Shown here: positions 39,487 through 48,221 of the stretch, one piece after another
Layout of the letters: each line of letters starts with the position of its first letter
Position numbering within the stretch: position 1 is the stretch's first letter
Source of the DNA: Candidatus Woesebacteria bacterium
GTDB lineage: Bacteria > Patescibacteriota > Microgenomatia > UBA8517
DNA: 64,000 nt
Direction of reading: 5' to 3'
Assembly: GCA_016432365.1 (NCBI GenBank)
Contig: CP066686.1
Location: forward strand, 874,918-938,917
The notes under the pieces: model-generated
Databases searched by the model: none
What the model was told of the DNA's origin: nothing
Seen by the model: the letters and a program-made list of their open reading frames with translations, nothing else
Position numbers and translations under genes: made by a program

Positions 39487-40554
39487 TCAAAGGCCTTTGG
39501 TTATTCGTATCTTTTTCAAAAGTCCGTTGTCTTCTAAACACACACCGCATCCCCGGACTACACAAGTTAGTGGGTCTTCAGCTACCCAAACAGGCATCTT
39601 TGTTGCTTCGGAAATTACTTTGTCAATTCCGCCGATAAGTGACCCGCCACCTGCAAGCGTTATCCCTTTTTCCATAATATCGCTGGTCAGCTCCGGCGGA
39701 GTTTCTTCCAAAGTGTCAACAATATTTGCAACTATTTCCTGAATGATTGTAGAGAGAGCTTCCTGAATTTCGCTACTCGTGAGTTTAACCGATTTGGGTA
39801 GCCCTGTTTCCAAATCCCGCCCGCGGACAACCGTAAATTTGTCTTTTGCCGGGATGACAGACCCAATCCCGATTTTAACCGCCTCCGCAGTTGGTTGACC
39901 CAAAAGAAGAGAGTATTTAAGTCTGACATAATTTATTATCGCCTCATCCATTTCATCTCCGGCAACACGGACGCTCCTCCCGATAACTATTCCACCAAGT
40001 GAAATTACTGCTATTTCGCTAGTCCCGCCACCAATATCAACAATAAAATTTCCCTCAGGTCCTTCTATTGGCAATTTCGCTCCGATTGCAGCAGCTAAAG
40101 GCTCTTCTATTAGATGAGCTTCCCTGGCACCGGCATCAAGGGCGGCATCTGCCACAGCCCGTCTTTCCACATCGGTTACCCCGGACGGAATTCCGATGAT
40201 AACTCTTGGACGCGGGATTTTTGGCATAATCGTTCCCGATTCATGAACTTTTTGAATATAATGCTTAAGCATTGCAGCTGTTGCATCAAAATCTGCAATG
40301 ACCCCGTCCCTGAGAGGCCTAATTGTTTCGATTGTCGCAGGCGCTCTTCCGTACATTTTTTTGGCGCTTGTTCCGATTGCCAAAATTTCCTTAGTTTTTT
40401 TATGACGAGCCACAGCCGAGGGTTCGCGTATTACTATTCCTTTTCCGCGGACATAAACCAGAGTGTTGGCAGTTCCCAAATCAATACCGATATCGTGCGA
40501 GAAAAGCCCTAAGAAACGGTCTATCGGATTTACAAATTTAACAAAATTTCGCAT
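39487..40554 (-). CDS. mreB: rod shape-determining protein MreB
   Basis: GIDLGTANT, RPLRDGVIAD, DIGGGTSE. Confidence 0.97.
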   Translation of the reverse strand: MRNFVKFVNPIDRFLGLFSHDIGIDLGTANTLVYVRGKGIVIREPSAVARHKKTKEILAIGTSAKKMYGRAPATIETIRPLRDGVIADFDATAAMLKHYIQKVHESGTIMPKIPRPRVIIGIPSGVTDVERRAVADAALDAGAREAHLIEEPLAAAIGAKLPIEGPEGNFIVDIGGGTSEIAVISLGGIVIGRSVRVAGDEMDEAIINYVRLKYSLLLGQPTAEAVKIGIGSVIPAKDKFTVVRGRDLETGLPKSVKLTSSEIQEALSTIIQEIVANIVDTLEETPPELTSDIMEKGITLAGGGSLIGGIDKVISEATKMPVWVAEDPLTCVVRGCGVCLEDNGLLKKIRITKGL

Positions 40555-40722
40555 AGCAACGCAGTATATCCAGTCAGGCAAAATATTCAAATAGTCAAAT
40601 TACAAATTTGTAAATATCTGAAAAACCCAGCAATCTTTACTTATAAGTGGTAGTAGTGATACTATTCAACCTCGTTATCTCGCATCGAATTCAAATTTCA
40701 ATCGTCACAAAAGGAGGACGAA

Positions 40723-41004
40723 ATGACCTACCCACTTTATTTGCGCACACTCGCATGGATGATGGGAGACGATGATTTGGTAAAAATCATAGACGGTGAG
40801 CCCGCCGATTTACCCAATCTGACAGGCCAGGAACTCGCCCGCGCGCTTGGGTTAAAAGCAGACAAACCCGAAGATATCGACTGGACCGAGTTCGCAAATG
40901 CCTGCCTGAATGCGCAGTTCAACCCGTTGGTAATCGCCTTGCCGGAAAAGCAACGGTTGCAGGTGCTTCGTACCGCCGCCGACCTTCTGTCACACATCTG
41001 GTGA
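40723..41004 (+). CDS. hypothetical protein
   Basis: AGGAGG SD, GC-richer codons, hairpin 41016-41074 downstream. Confidence 0.65.
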   Translation: MTYPLYLRTLAWMMGDDDLVKIIDGEPADLPNLTGQELARALGLKADKPEDIDWTEFANACLNAQFNPLVIALPEKQRLQVLRTAADLLSHIW

Positions 41005-41105
41005 GCCAACCGGAAAAACCCTCCCAACCAATATTTATGCTTTTAAAAGCGTTGATATCTGGTTCGGAGGGTTTAATTTTGCCAAAAATCGGTTAGAATA
41101 TCTAA

Positions 41106-43235
41106 ATGGACAAGCTTCAAAAAACAATTTTCGTCTTTTTTGCAATTCTTTTTTTCTTCGTTCCTTTAGTTTTATGGCCGTATACATCTGAGGTTTTTGA
41201 ATTCAACAAAATAGTTTTGGTATACGGATTAACCGTATTAATTACCGGCACCTGGGTAATCCGGATGATTCTGGAAAGAAAAATTATCTTTCGTCGCACA
41301 ATATTAGATATTCCGCTTTTAGTTTTTTTTGCTTCGCAGTTAATTTCGACCCTCCTCTCGATAGATCCATCGACATCATGGTTCGGATATTATTCAAGAT
41401 TTAACGGCGGACTATTGTCTACTATTTCCTATACCCTACTTTACTGGACATTTGTAAGTAATTTAGACCGAAAGCATACCCTACGTATTCTATATACCGT
41501 TCTGTGTTCTGCCGCTATCGTTTCAATATATGGTGTATTAGAACACTGGGGCATTGACAAAGCTCTCTGGGTACAAGATGTTAAGTCCCGTGTCTTTTCC
41601 ACTCTTGGACAGCCAAATTGGCTGGCGGCATATGTCGTAGCGCTCCTGCCCATCACTTGGGCACTCGCGCTAGAAAAATCTCAAATCTCAAATCCGAAAT
41701 CACAAACAAATTCTAAATTCTTAATATATTTCTCGCTTTCGGTTTTGTTTTTCTGGACATTAATTTTTACAAAGTCTCGTTCTGGTCTTTTAGGCCTTGG
41801 GGTTGCTTTCATAATATTTTGGGCTGGATACTTTTGGATTAACCGATTAAAAATTAAAAATATTATGTTTCCGTTTGCAATTATTACTTCTTCATTATTA
41901 ATTATTTGTTTAATCTCCGGCACCCAGTTCACTCCAAGTATTTCCGACCTATTAAACAAATCAAGGATGGCTTTGCCCTCCAAAGCTTTAGCGTCGGAGG
42001 GTCCAGCTCTTGAGGTTGGTGGAACTGAATCCGGCACTATACGTAAAATCGTTTGGACAGGGGCTGTCGAGGTCTGGAAACACTATCCAATTTTTGGGAC
42101 AGGGGTAGAAACATTTGCTTTTTCATACTATCAATATAGACCTGTTGAACACAACTTAGTTTCCGAATGGGATTTTATTTACAACAAAGCACACAACGAA
42201 TATCTTAACATTGCAGCCAATAGCGGATCGTTTGGTTTATTAAGCTATCTTATTTTGATAGGATTTTCAATTTATCAAACATCGCAAGTCAAAAATCAAA
42301 ATTTAGAAGTCAAAAATACAAGTAAAAATTCAAAAATAGAAAGCCAAAACTTTTCACTTTTGAATTGTAATTTTGACTTTTGCCTTTTGAATTTTGCATT
42401 ATTGGCAGGTTATGCAAGTCTCCTAATAACTAATTTTTTTGGCTTTTCGGTCGTTCCAACTCAACTTCAATTATTTTTATTTCCGGCGATAGCTGTGATA
42501 TTAAGTACTAATGAAGAATTAAGAATTAAGAATGAAAAATTTGGGACGCGAACAAATTTTCAAAAACTTGGCTACGTCTCAGTCATATTTCTTATTTCTT
42601 ATTTCTTATTTCTTATTTCTCGCTATTGGTACGCCGACACTCAATATGCTTTGGGTAAGGCATATAACGGCATTCAGAGACAAGACGTTGCCGCGAATTA
42701 TTTAATCCAAGCAGTTAACATTGAGCCCTGGCAACCGCTTTATCACAGCGAGTTGGCAAATTCATACGCGGCCATAGCTTTGGCCCTATACAACCAAAAA
42801 GACGCAGAAAATTCAAAGAAGTATACGGAGCTTGCAATTAGCGAATCCGACAGGTCTATCAACCTTTCTTCTTCTCTGAATTTAAAAAGGTCCCGTTTTG
42901 GCGTTTTTGTAGTACTTTCGACAACAAATCCAGATTACCTCCGTGCCGCCCAAGAAACATTGATTGGTGCCATAACACTTGCCCCAACCGATGCTAAACT
43001 TTATTACAATTTAGCCTTAACCTACGCAAGAACAAACCAACCCGACCGCGCGATGGAGGTTTTAATTAATACAATCGGTTTAAAAGCAAATTACAGGGAT
43101 GCAAGGCTGGCATATGCGTACCTTTTAATGGAGAAGAAAGAATACTCCGAGGCCAAAACTCAGCTCACTTACATTCTTAAATATATCGATCCGAACGACC
43201 CACTCGCCAAACAGGCGCTTGAGGGTATAAAATAA
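41106..43235 (+). CDS. O-antigen ligase (Wzy_C) family membrane protein with C-terminal TPR-like repeats
   Basis: STLGQPNW, TKSRSG, PIFGTG, KAHNEYL. Confidence 0.88.
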   Translation: MDKLQKTIFVFFAILFFFVPLVLWPYTSEVFEFNKIVLVYGLTVLITGTWVIRMILERKIIFRRTILDIPLLVFFASQLISTLLSIDPSTSWFGYYSRFNGGLLSTISYTLLYWTFVSNLDRKHTLRILYTVLCSAAIVSIYGVLEHWGIDKALWVQDVKSRVFSTLGQPNWLAAYVVALLPITWALALEKSQISNPKSQTNSKFLIYFSLSVLFFWTLIFTKSRSGLLGLGVAFIIFWAGYFWINRLKIKNIMFPFAIITSSLLIICLISGTQFTPSISDLLNKSRMALPSKALASEGPALEVGGTESGTIRKIVWTGAVEVWKHYPIFGTGVETFAFSYYQYRPVEHNLVSEWDFIYNKAHNEYLNIAANSGSFGLLSYLILIGFSIYQTSQVKNQNLEVKNTSKNSKIESQNFSLLNCNFDFCLLNFALLAGYASLLITNFFGFSVVPTQLQLFLFPAIAVILSTNEELRIKNEKFGTRTNFQKLGYVSVIFLISYFLFLISRYWYADTQYALGKAYNGIQRQDVAANYLIQAVNIEPWQPLYHSELANSYAAIALALYNQKDAENSKKYTELAISESDRSINLSSSLNLKRSRFGVFVVLSTTNPDYLRAAQETLIGAITLAPTDAKLYYNLALTYARTNQPDRAMEVLINTIGLKANYRDARLAYAYLLMEKKEYSEAKTQLTYILKYIDPNDPLAKQALEGIK
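41973..42001 (-). repeat. GC-rich palindromic element in frame
   Basis: reverse complement CCCTCCGACGCTAAAGCTTTGGAGGGCAA; peptide LPSKALASEG. Confidence 0.7.
42291..42395 (+). repeat. heptamer hairpin element, family B intragenic copy
   Basis: matches 19302-19378; translated as KNQNLEVKN...NFDFCLLNF. Confidence 0.85.
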
Positions 43236-43323
43236 ATCAGCCACATCAGAAAAGTTCAGAGATGTCAGAGGGGCTTGCCGGCAGGAATTCATCCAAATTA
43301 TTCTGATTTATCCGACCCTCTGG
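43236..43323. repeat. ~9-nt periodic inverted repeat with CTTGCCGGCAGG core
   Basis: TCAG.. x4 facing TCTGA/TCCGA/TCTGG. Confidence 0.5.
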
Positions 43324-43335
43324 TATAATTCGTGT

Positions 43336-43881
43336 ATGATCAGAAAAATAGTTCAGTCCGGCGACCCGATTTTAAGACGAAAATCCAAAAACATTGCCAA
43401 GGTGGACAAAAAGGTTTTGGATATAATTAAGGACCTTAAAGATACTCTAAAAATTCAAAAGGAGCCGGAGGGCGTAGGACTTGCGGCCCCACAAATTGGG
43501 AAAAATCTAAATATTTTTATTGCGGATTACAAAAATTTTCAAAGGGTGGTAATAAACCCTGAAATACTAAAAATGAGCGAAAAGCAACCCCGCTCCGCCA
43601 AGGCTACGCGGGGCAAGAAAACTAATAAGGAAATACTTGAAGGCTGTTTATCGCTTCCCTATTATTACGGACCACTAAAACGGGCAGATAAAATTACAGT
43701 TAAATATCTAAACGAAAAGGGAGTAGAAATTACAGAAGATTTCGAAGGTTTTGACGCTCAAATAATCCTTCATGAAATTGACCATCTTAACGGCACCCTG
43801 TTCATCGACAGGCTTTTTGAAGAAAAAAAACCCTTGTATAAAGTTGATGGAGATGAATGGGAGGAGATAGAACTCGTATGA
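43336..43881 (+). CDS. def: peptide deformylase
   Basis: GVGLAAPQIG, EGCLS, HEIDHLNG. Confidence 0.97.
   Translation: MIRKIVQSGDPILRRKSKNIAKVDKKVLDIIKDLKDTLKIQKEPEGVGLAAPQIGKNLNIFIADYKNFQRVVINPEILKMSEKQPRSAKATRGKKTNKEILEGCLSLPYYYGPLKRADKITVKYLNEKGVEITEDFEGFDAQIILHEIDHLNGTLFIDRLFEEKKPLYKVDGDEWEEIELV
43588..43617 (+). repeat. 30-nt GC-rich palindromic element in frame in def
   Basis: CCCCGCTCCGCCAAGGCTACGCGGGGCAAG; peptide PRSAKATRGK. Confidence 0.75.
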
Positions 43882-44726
43882 AAATAGTTTTCTTTGGCAC
43901 ACCGGATTATGTTCTGCCTGTTCTCACCACCCTTCACAAAAAATTTGTGTCCGGCCCCGGAAAGTCTCCAATTGTTGCTGTAGTGACCCAAAGTCCCAAA
44001 CCAACCGGCAGAAAACAATATCTAACATATTCTCCCGTAGACAAATGGGCCCACGAACGTAAAGTTTTTACACATTATTCGGCCGAAGAACTAATTGATG
44101 CCAATCTTGATATGGAAGTTGGAATTTTGGCTTCCTACGGAGAAATCATCAAAAAGGAAGTAATAGACCTGTTTCCTAAGGGAATACTAGTAATCCATCC
44201 GTCTCTTTTGCCAGCATATAGAGGCGCTTCCCCAATTCAAGCGGCAATCGCAAACGGAGACACTCAAACCGGCGTTACTATATTCAAGATGGATGAAAAA
44301 GTGGACCACGGCCCGATAATTACTCAGTTTAAAGAAGAAGTCCTTCCTGATGATACATTTGAAACTCTTCGAACAAGACTTTTTGAGAGGTCGGCAGAGG
44401 TTTTGACCGAAATGATCGAGCCCTATCTTAAAGGGAAAATTACTCCCAAAACTCAAGATGAAACTGATGCCACATATACCAAAATTGTAAAAAGAGAAGA
44501 TGGATTTATAGATCTCAAAAAAGACAGTCCGGAAAAAATTGAGAGACTATCCAGGGCAATGTATCCCTGGCCCGGTATCTGGACTTATTTGCCTAACGAA
44601 AAACGTCTAAAAATTCTTAAATGCCACCTCGAAAATGGTAAGTTGATTCTTGATGAAGTCCAGTTGGAGGGCAAAAATCCTGTCAGTTGGAAACAATTCG
44701 AAGAAGCCTACAAGGCAGAACTCTAA
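43878..44726 (+). CDS. fmt: methionyl-tRNA formyltransferase
   Basis: FFGTP, HPSLLPAYRGASP, MDEKVDHGP. Confidence 0.96.
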   Translation: MKIVFFGTPDYVLPVLTTLHKKFVSGPGKSPIVAVVTQSPKPTGRKQYLTYSPVDKWAHERKVFTHYSAEELIDANLDMEVGILASYGEIIKKEVIDLFPKGILVIHPSLLPAYRGASPIQAAIANGDTQTGVTIFKMDEKVDHGPIITQFKEEVLPDDTFETLRTRLFERSAEVLTEMIEPYLKGKITPKTQDETDATYTKIVKREDGFIDLKKDSPEKIERLSRAMYPWPGIWTYLPNEKRLKILKCHLENGKLILDEVQLEGKNPVSWKQFEEAYKAEL

Positions 44727-45272
44727 TTAATTTTGATTGACCAAACTCTGAAGTTGATCCAATACTTCCCCCAATATTGGACCATGAGTTGTTGCCAATT
44801 TATCACTCGAACTAAAATATCTCACTAAAAAAGCTTTCCATGAGGGACCAGATTTAGAAACCATATCCACACCCCATCCAAAAGCATTATAACGCTCCTC
44901 GAACCACTCTTTGGCCCCAGACTCGTCGGGTACCGACATGCCGACAGTTGGATCATTTATGTCAAACCTTTGCCCAACAATCTTCGCTCCCTTAATCCTC
45001 GCCGCATAGTTACTTTTCTCTTCGTCGTCAATCAAAGTTTGTACCTCCAAAATCAAAGATTCCCCGATAGACCCATTCGCCAGCAAAACTTCCAATTTTG
45101 ACTTACCGGTTTGCGAGTGAAATAAAACCGATTTTAAATAACCCTCTGAACTAATCAGTGCAAAAATCGCTTCAGCTTGTGAAATTTGCTCTTCTGTTGG
45201 TGTGTTCTCCTGAGCTTCAGATTTCACCTTAGTTAGTATAGAGTCTACAAGTTGCTGATGTGTTTCTTTCAT
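44727..45272 (-). CDS. hypothetical protein
   Basis: 181 aa; TAGAAT 6 nt before ATG. Confidence 0.65.
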   Translation of the reverse strand: MKETHQQLVDSILTKVKSEAQENTPTEEQISQAEAIFALISSEGYLKSVLFHSQTGKSKLEVLLANGSIGESLILEVQTLIDDEEKSNYAARIKGAKIVGQRFDINDPTVGMSVPDESGAKEWFEERYNAFGWGVDMVSKSGPSWKAFLVRYFSSSDKLATTHGPILGEVLDQLQSLVNQN

Positions 45273-45352
45273 GCGGCAATTCTACTACTACCTATAGGCT
45301 ATGTCAAACATAAGAAATTGTAGCAAATCAGTCTCAATCCGCCAAATTATCG

Positions 45353-45613
45353 TCAAATACTTGCAGAGATAGAAGTCGAACGCTTTGGAGCTAATTTACC
45401 GACATTCTTAAATTTACTAATACAGTCGGTACAAAGCTTCATTTGAGACTTTTTGCCATTGACCATAACAGCTATCTTTTGGAGATTGGGTTTAAATTTT
45501 CTAAGTGTTACCTCTGCCCTCTTTTTCCAACGTTTACCGGCAACCCCTCTGTGATGAGAGCTGGTTCTGCCTGAAACCGTTCCTTTTCCGCAATTGTCGC
45601 AAATATATGCCAT
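45353..45613 (-). CDS. rpmB: 50S ribosomal protein L28
   Basis: CDNCGK, R.FKPNLQ, LCTDC. Confidence 0.92.
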   Translation of the reverse strand: MAYICDNCGKGTVSGRTSSHHRGVAGKRWKKRAEVTLRKFKPNLQKIAVMVNGKKSQMKLCTDCISKFKNVGKLAPKRSTSISASI

Positions 45614-45683
45614 AAATTTAGTAGCTAGCAACTAGTGACTAGTAGCTAGGGATGAATTATACTATCAAAGACATATAAATTCA

Positions 45684-46325
45684 ATGGAAATATTATTAAT
45701 CATACTTGGAATTGCCGGACTGGCATACACAATAATTATCCACGAGGTCGCTCACGGTTGGATGGCTAACTACCTAGGCGATCCAACAGCACGGATATCG
45801 GGTAGATTAACCCTTAACCCAATTCCACACATTGACCCATTGGGAACTATAATTGTTCCGCTTCTAATGTATTTTTCCCCAGCCCACTTCGTTTTTGGGT
45901 GGGCAAAACCGGTACCCATTGACCCTTACAACCTTAAAAATCCAAAAAAGGATACTTTGCTCATTTCGCTGGCAGGACCTCTTTCCAATATGGTCTTAGC
46001 TTTGGTGTTAGCCGTCATTTTTTGGTTAATACCAATGCCTCAAATAATGGCAGATCTGGTAAAAACTATGGTTGGACTTAACGTAAGCTTGGCGGTTTTT
46101 AATTTGATTCCGATTTCCCCACTCGACGGAGAAAAAATACTTGTCGGGCTTTTACCCCACAAGGAAGCCAGAGAATTTGAATATTTTATGAGTAAATTCG
46201 GAATGATTTTACTGGCATTCTTAATATTTCCGATTTTTGGAGGTGTCTCCCTAATATCTCCGATTTTGTTCCCAATAATCAATTTTATATTGAATCTTCT
46301 AATACCAGGTTTCCCACGGTATTAA
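45684..46325 (+). CDS. site-2 protease family (M50)
   Basis: HEVAHG, GRLTLNP, GWAKPVP, AGP.SN, FNLIPI.PLDG. Confidence 0.93.
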   Translation: MEILLIILGIAGLAYTIIIHEVAHGWMANYLGDPTARISGRLTLNPIPHIDPLGTIIVPLLMYFSPAHFVFGWAKPVPIDPYNLKNPKKDTLLISLAGPLSNMVLALVLAVIFWLIPMPQIMADLVKTMVGLNVSLAVFNLIPISPLDGEKILVGLLPHKEAREFEYFMSKFGMILLAFLIFPIFGGVSLISPILFPIINFILNLLIPGFPRY

Positions 46326-46367
46326 CTTTTTCATTTTTCACATTGACTTACGTGGTACAATTATATT

Positions 46368-46521
46368 GACCCTGTTAAAGAAGGATACGGTCGGAATTTC
46401 CTGATCAAGTATATTCTAAAATGGGAGGACGGAGTCCGTTAAGTAATGCGCAAGCTAGCTTAATGGCAGTTCACCCACCTGGTTTTTCCAGGAATATCGC
46501 CGTACTTTTGATAATGGGGTC
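46368..46521 (+). ncRNA. ssrS: probable 6S RNA
   Basis: extended -10 TGGTACAAT 6 nt upstream; rod-like pairing of the ends (GACCCTGTTA/TAATGGGGTC, TACGG/CCGTA, TTCCTG/CAGGAA), A-rich central bubble, apical stem. Confidence 0.55.
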
Positions 46522-46644
46522 ATTTTTTGGCAAAAAACAGCTTCAATTTCTGATATAATTGGTTTTGATCCAAAATTGCTTGGCAATTTTGAGAGTGGAA
46601 GTTTCGACAGGCCGGGATAAGCGTAGCTTGTCCCCGCACTGCGT

Positions 46645-46716
46645 GCCGGGATAGCTCAACGGTGGAGCAACGCTTTTGTAAAGCGAAGGTTGAAGGTTCA
46701 AATCCTTTTCCCGGCT
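46645..46716 (+). tRNA. tRNA-Thr(TGT)
   Basis: cloverleaf GCCGGGA/TCCCGGC, loop TTTGTAA, GGTTCAAATCC. Confidence 0.93.
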
Positions 46717-46839
46717 CATAACAGTTCGCCGGTCGGATTTGATAGTGCCAAGATTGGTAGAGGCTTTGCACACAAATCCTTTTCCCGGCTCCCTAAACAC
46801 ACCTTTTTGGTGTACGATTAGCGCGTTGTATTAAAACAC

Positions 46840-46924
46840 GCTGAGGTGGCGGAGCGGTCAATCGCATCAGACTGTAAATCTGACGGCCGGAAGGCCTACA
46901 TAGGTTCGAATCCTGTCCTCAGCA
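46840..46924 (+). tRNA. tRNA-Tyr(GTA)
   Basis: GCTGAGG/CCTCAGC, loop CTGTAAA, long variable arm. Confidence 0.95.
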
Positions 46925-46930
46925 CATTTG

Positions 46931-47875
46931 TCATTTCTCCCACTCAGGCTGGGCGAAGTTTTGCATATAAATCGGAAGTTTTTCCTCCCCTATTAATTTC
47001 CTGTCACGATAAGTCAATTTCATAACAAGACCTCTTCTTGTTTCCTCACTCCACATCTGATCAAAAATAAAATTGCCAAGTGAATAATACACAGGTTTCC
47101 CGTTGATGTGATCAATTGATTGCACCCAATGCGGATGTGTCCCATACACAACATCCGCCCCCGCCCCCACTAGGTTTTTAGCTATTAGCTTTTGGCTTTT
47201 CGTTGGGTCTGTCGTGTATTCCAATCCCCAGTGCACAGCAACAATCAAAACATCCACCTTTTGTTTTGAATCAGAAGTTAATTGAAAGTCTTTATCCTTG
47301 GGAGCAAAATCAACGTAATCAAACCCCAAAAAACCAAATTTTGTACCATTTACTTCCTTAACCACCAAATTCCCGTCTCCGGTGTAATCTATCCCCGCCT
47401 TACTAAGAAAATTTTCAGTTTGAGATACCCCTTCTTTACCGTAATTTCCGGAGTGGTTATTGGCGATATTAACTACATCGATGCCTGCAAAAGTTAGGCC
47501 GTCAATCATTTTTGGATCCGCGCAAAATTTAAATCCCGAGCTTATCGAGGGACATTTTTCGATTATCGGATTTTCGAGATTGGCAAAAACAAGATCCGCG
47601 CCGGCAAGTGTGTCGCCAACTTTTAGAAATGGATAGGTGGGATCCCCTTTCTTCAAACTAACACCCATCACACTCCTCCCTAGCATGATATCCCCGGTTA
47701 AAAGTATAGAAATATCCTGCTTTCCGGAAAAATTGTTTACGAAGTTCTGGACCGAGTTGAGCTCAGTCCTGTTTTTAAGGTCCGGAGCCAGTACCGGTTT
47801 TGCAGAGATAACGTAAAGCAAAATTCCCAAAAAGCTTGCCGCAATTACCAAAATCCCCACCTGCCACCGATTCAT
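46931..47875 (-). CDS. CapA/PGA_cap family metallophosphatase, membrane anchored
   Basis: TGDIMLGR, NLE, ANNH, HWG.EY, HPHW.Q, YSLGNFIFDQ. Confidence 0.92.
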   Translation of the reverse strand: MNRWQVGILVIAASFLGILLYVISAKPVLAPDLKNRTELNSVQNFVNNFSGKQDISILLTGDIMLGRSVMGVSLKKGDPTYPFLKVGDTLAGADLVFANLENPIIEKCPSISSGFKFCADPKMIDGLTFAGIDVVNIANNHSGNYGKEGVSQTENFLSKAGIDYTGDGNLVVKEVNGTKFGFLGFDYVDFAPKDKDFQLTSDSKQKVDVLIVAVHWGLEYTTDPTKSQKLIAKNLVGAGADVVYGTHPHWVQSIDHINGKPVYYSLGNFIFDQMWSEETRRGLVMKLTYRDRKLIGEEKLPIYMQNFAQPEWEK

Positions 47876-48020
47876 GGTTTTAGTATACAGTTTGTGTATT
47901 GTATAATCATTGCTTGCGTCCCCCACAAAATTGCACGCAATTTTGAGAGGAGGAATAGCGAAACGGATAGATTTTGGCCTTTTAAGGCCAAATATCGCGA
48001 AGTGAAGCTTATTCCGACAA

Positions 48021-48092
48021 GCCTGGGTAGCTCAGTGGTAGAGCGCGTTCTTGGTAAGAACGAGGTCGTGGGTCCAATCCCCACCTCAGGCT
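48021..48092 (+). tRNA. tRNA-Thr(GGT)
   Basis: GCCTGGG/CTCAGGC, loop TTGGTAA; atypical T-loop TCCAATC. Confidence 0.9.
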
Positions 48093-48104
48093 CAAAGATT
48101 GTGT

Positions 48105-48171
48105 CGTTCTCGGCTATGCCGTAAGAACGAGGTCATGGGGGTAGTCCCCACCTCAGGCTCAAAGATTGTGT
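48105..48171 (+). pseudogene. tandem degenerate copy of the tRNA-Thr(GGT) 3' half plus trailer
   Basis: repeats 48046-48104 with altered anticodon and T loops. Confidence 0.85.
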
Positions 48172-48221
48172 ATTACACTCGCCCTTGTCGTTTGGTGTCA
48201 TGACTGGTAAAATACCCATGT

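Noticed and set aside
46520-46800. Minus-strand ORFs over tRNA-Thr (and 47872-48124)
   Set aside because: Shadow ORFs of tRNA genes.
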